Source of the DNA: Tolypothrix carrinoi HA7290-LM1
GTDB lineage: Bacteria > Cyanobacteriota > Cyanobacteriia > Cyanobacteriales > Nostocaceae
DNA: 25,972 bases
Direction: 5' to 3'
Assembly: GCA_019358935.1 (NCBI GenBank)
Contig: JAHHIK010000118.1
Location: 1 to 25,972, forward strand
Part shown: positions 25,651 to 25,972 of the stretch, piece by piece
Position numbering within the stretch: the stretch's first letter is position 1
Layout: each line of letters begins with the position of its first letter
Position numbers and translations under genes: made by a program
The notes under the pieces: model-generated
The model's database searches: none
What the model saw: the letters and a program-made list of their open reading frames with translations, nothing else
What the model was told of the DNA's origin: nothing

Positions 25651-25739
25651 ATATTTTTAATCATATTATTTATATTATATTTATGTAAAACAAAATTGTT
25701 TTCGTGACTTTTGTCGCGAAAAATGAGTATTCATAATTT

Positions 25740-25855
25740 ATGAATCCGCACAATCCAAAACGGAGTCGTGGCGTTATACTTACTCTCGAAGGCTGGGAAA
25801 AGCTTTACAAGAGAAAACTTGAATGGGAATATCGAGAAAAATATGGCTCTAAGTA
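25740..25855 (+). pseudogene. 5' fragment of a cyanobacterial HTH-type regulator-like gene, interrupted by an IS
   Basis: ATG at 25740 gives MNPHNPKRSRGVILTLEGWEKL...YGSKY, resembling the R.RGVILT..G..KL N-terminus that precedes an HTH in cyanobacterial AAA/NB-ARC-type proteins (from recollection); similarity stops at the IS end. Confidence 0.55.
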
Positions 25856-25972
25856 CATGTCACCGCAAAAAAGGGTCGGAAATAGAGGAGGATATTTTTT
25901 GTAGGGTGGCATAAAAATCAGACATGCAAGGACGTATCTCAAGTATCCGGGTTGAAATAACTGGTGAGCAGC
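25856..25972 (+). mobile_element. Left end of an IS (probably IS630 family) with start of transposase, truncated by window edge
   Basis: TA followed by CATGTCACCGCAAAAAAGGGTCGGAAAT, an inverted match to 92-119; ORF from ATG 25924 (MQGRISSIRVEITGEQ) resembles IS630 N-termini. Confidence 0.6.

Overview
Accessory region of a cyanobacterium, probably a filamentous heterocyst-forming one. Evidence for this origin is about 11 HIP1 GCGATCGC sites, Nostocales-style short inverted-repeat elements, and GUN4, PcxA and PEP-CTERM-type genes. All intact genes are on the + strand. The left part (122-8089) is an orphan enzyme cluster: an IS-truncated DJ-1/PfpI protein, aldo/keto reductase, MDR/quinone oxidoreductase, benzoylformate-decarboxylase-like ThDP enzyme, tandem EthD protein, SnoaL-ankyrin fusion and muconolactone-isomerase-like protein. 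Next come a dead IS630, a Tat-signal SDR / SnoaL lipoprotein / AKR operon, a DHA2 MFS pump, an SDR remnant, a PEP-CTERM-like beta-propeller and a nonsense-mutated GUN4-domain gene. These are followed by a PcxA N-domain / beta-carbonic anhydrase / bestrophin module, a sensorless REC-histidine kinase, LtrA, a small Zn-ribbon protein and IS701 remnants. Matching IS ends that interrupt genes bracket the window. The most striking unannotated signal is a ~60-75 bp non-coding module present six times. It has a conserved upstream block abutting a -35/-10 pair, which suggests these diverse genes form one activator-controlled regulon. All calls come from reading motifs by eye, with no database searches.
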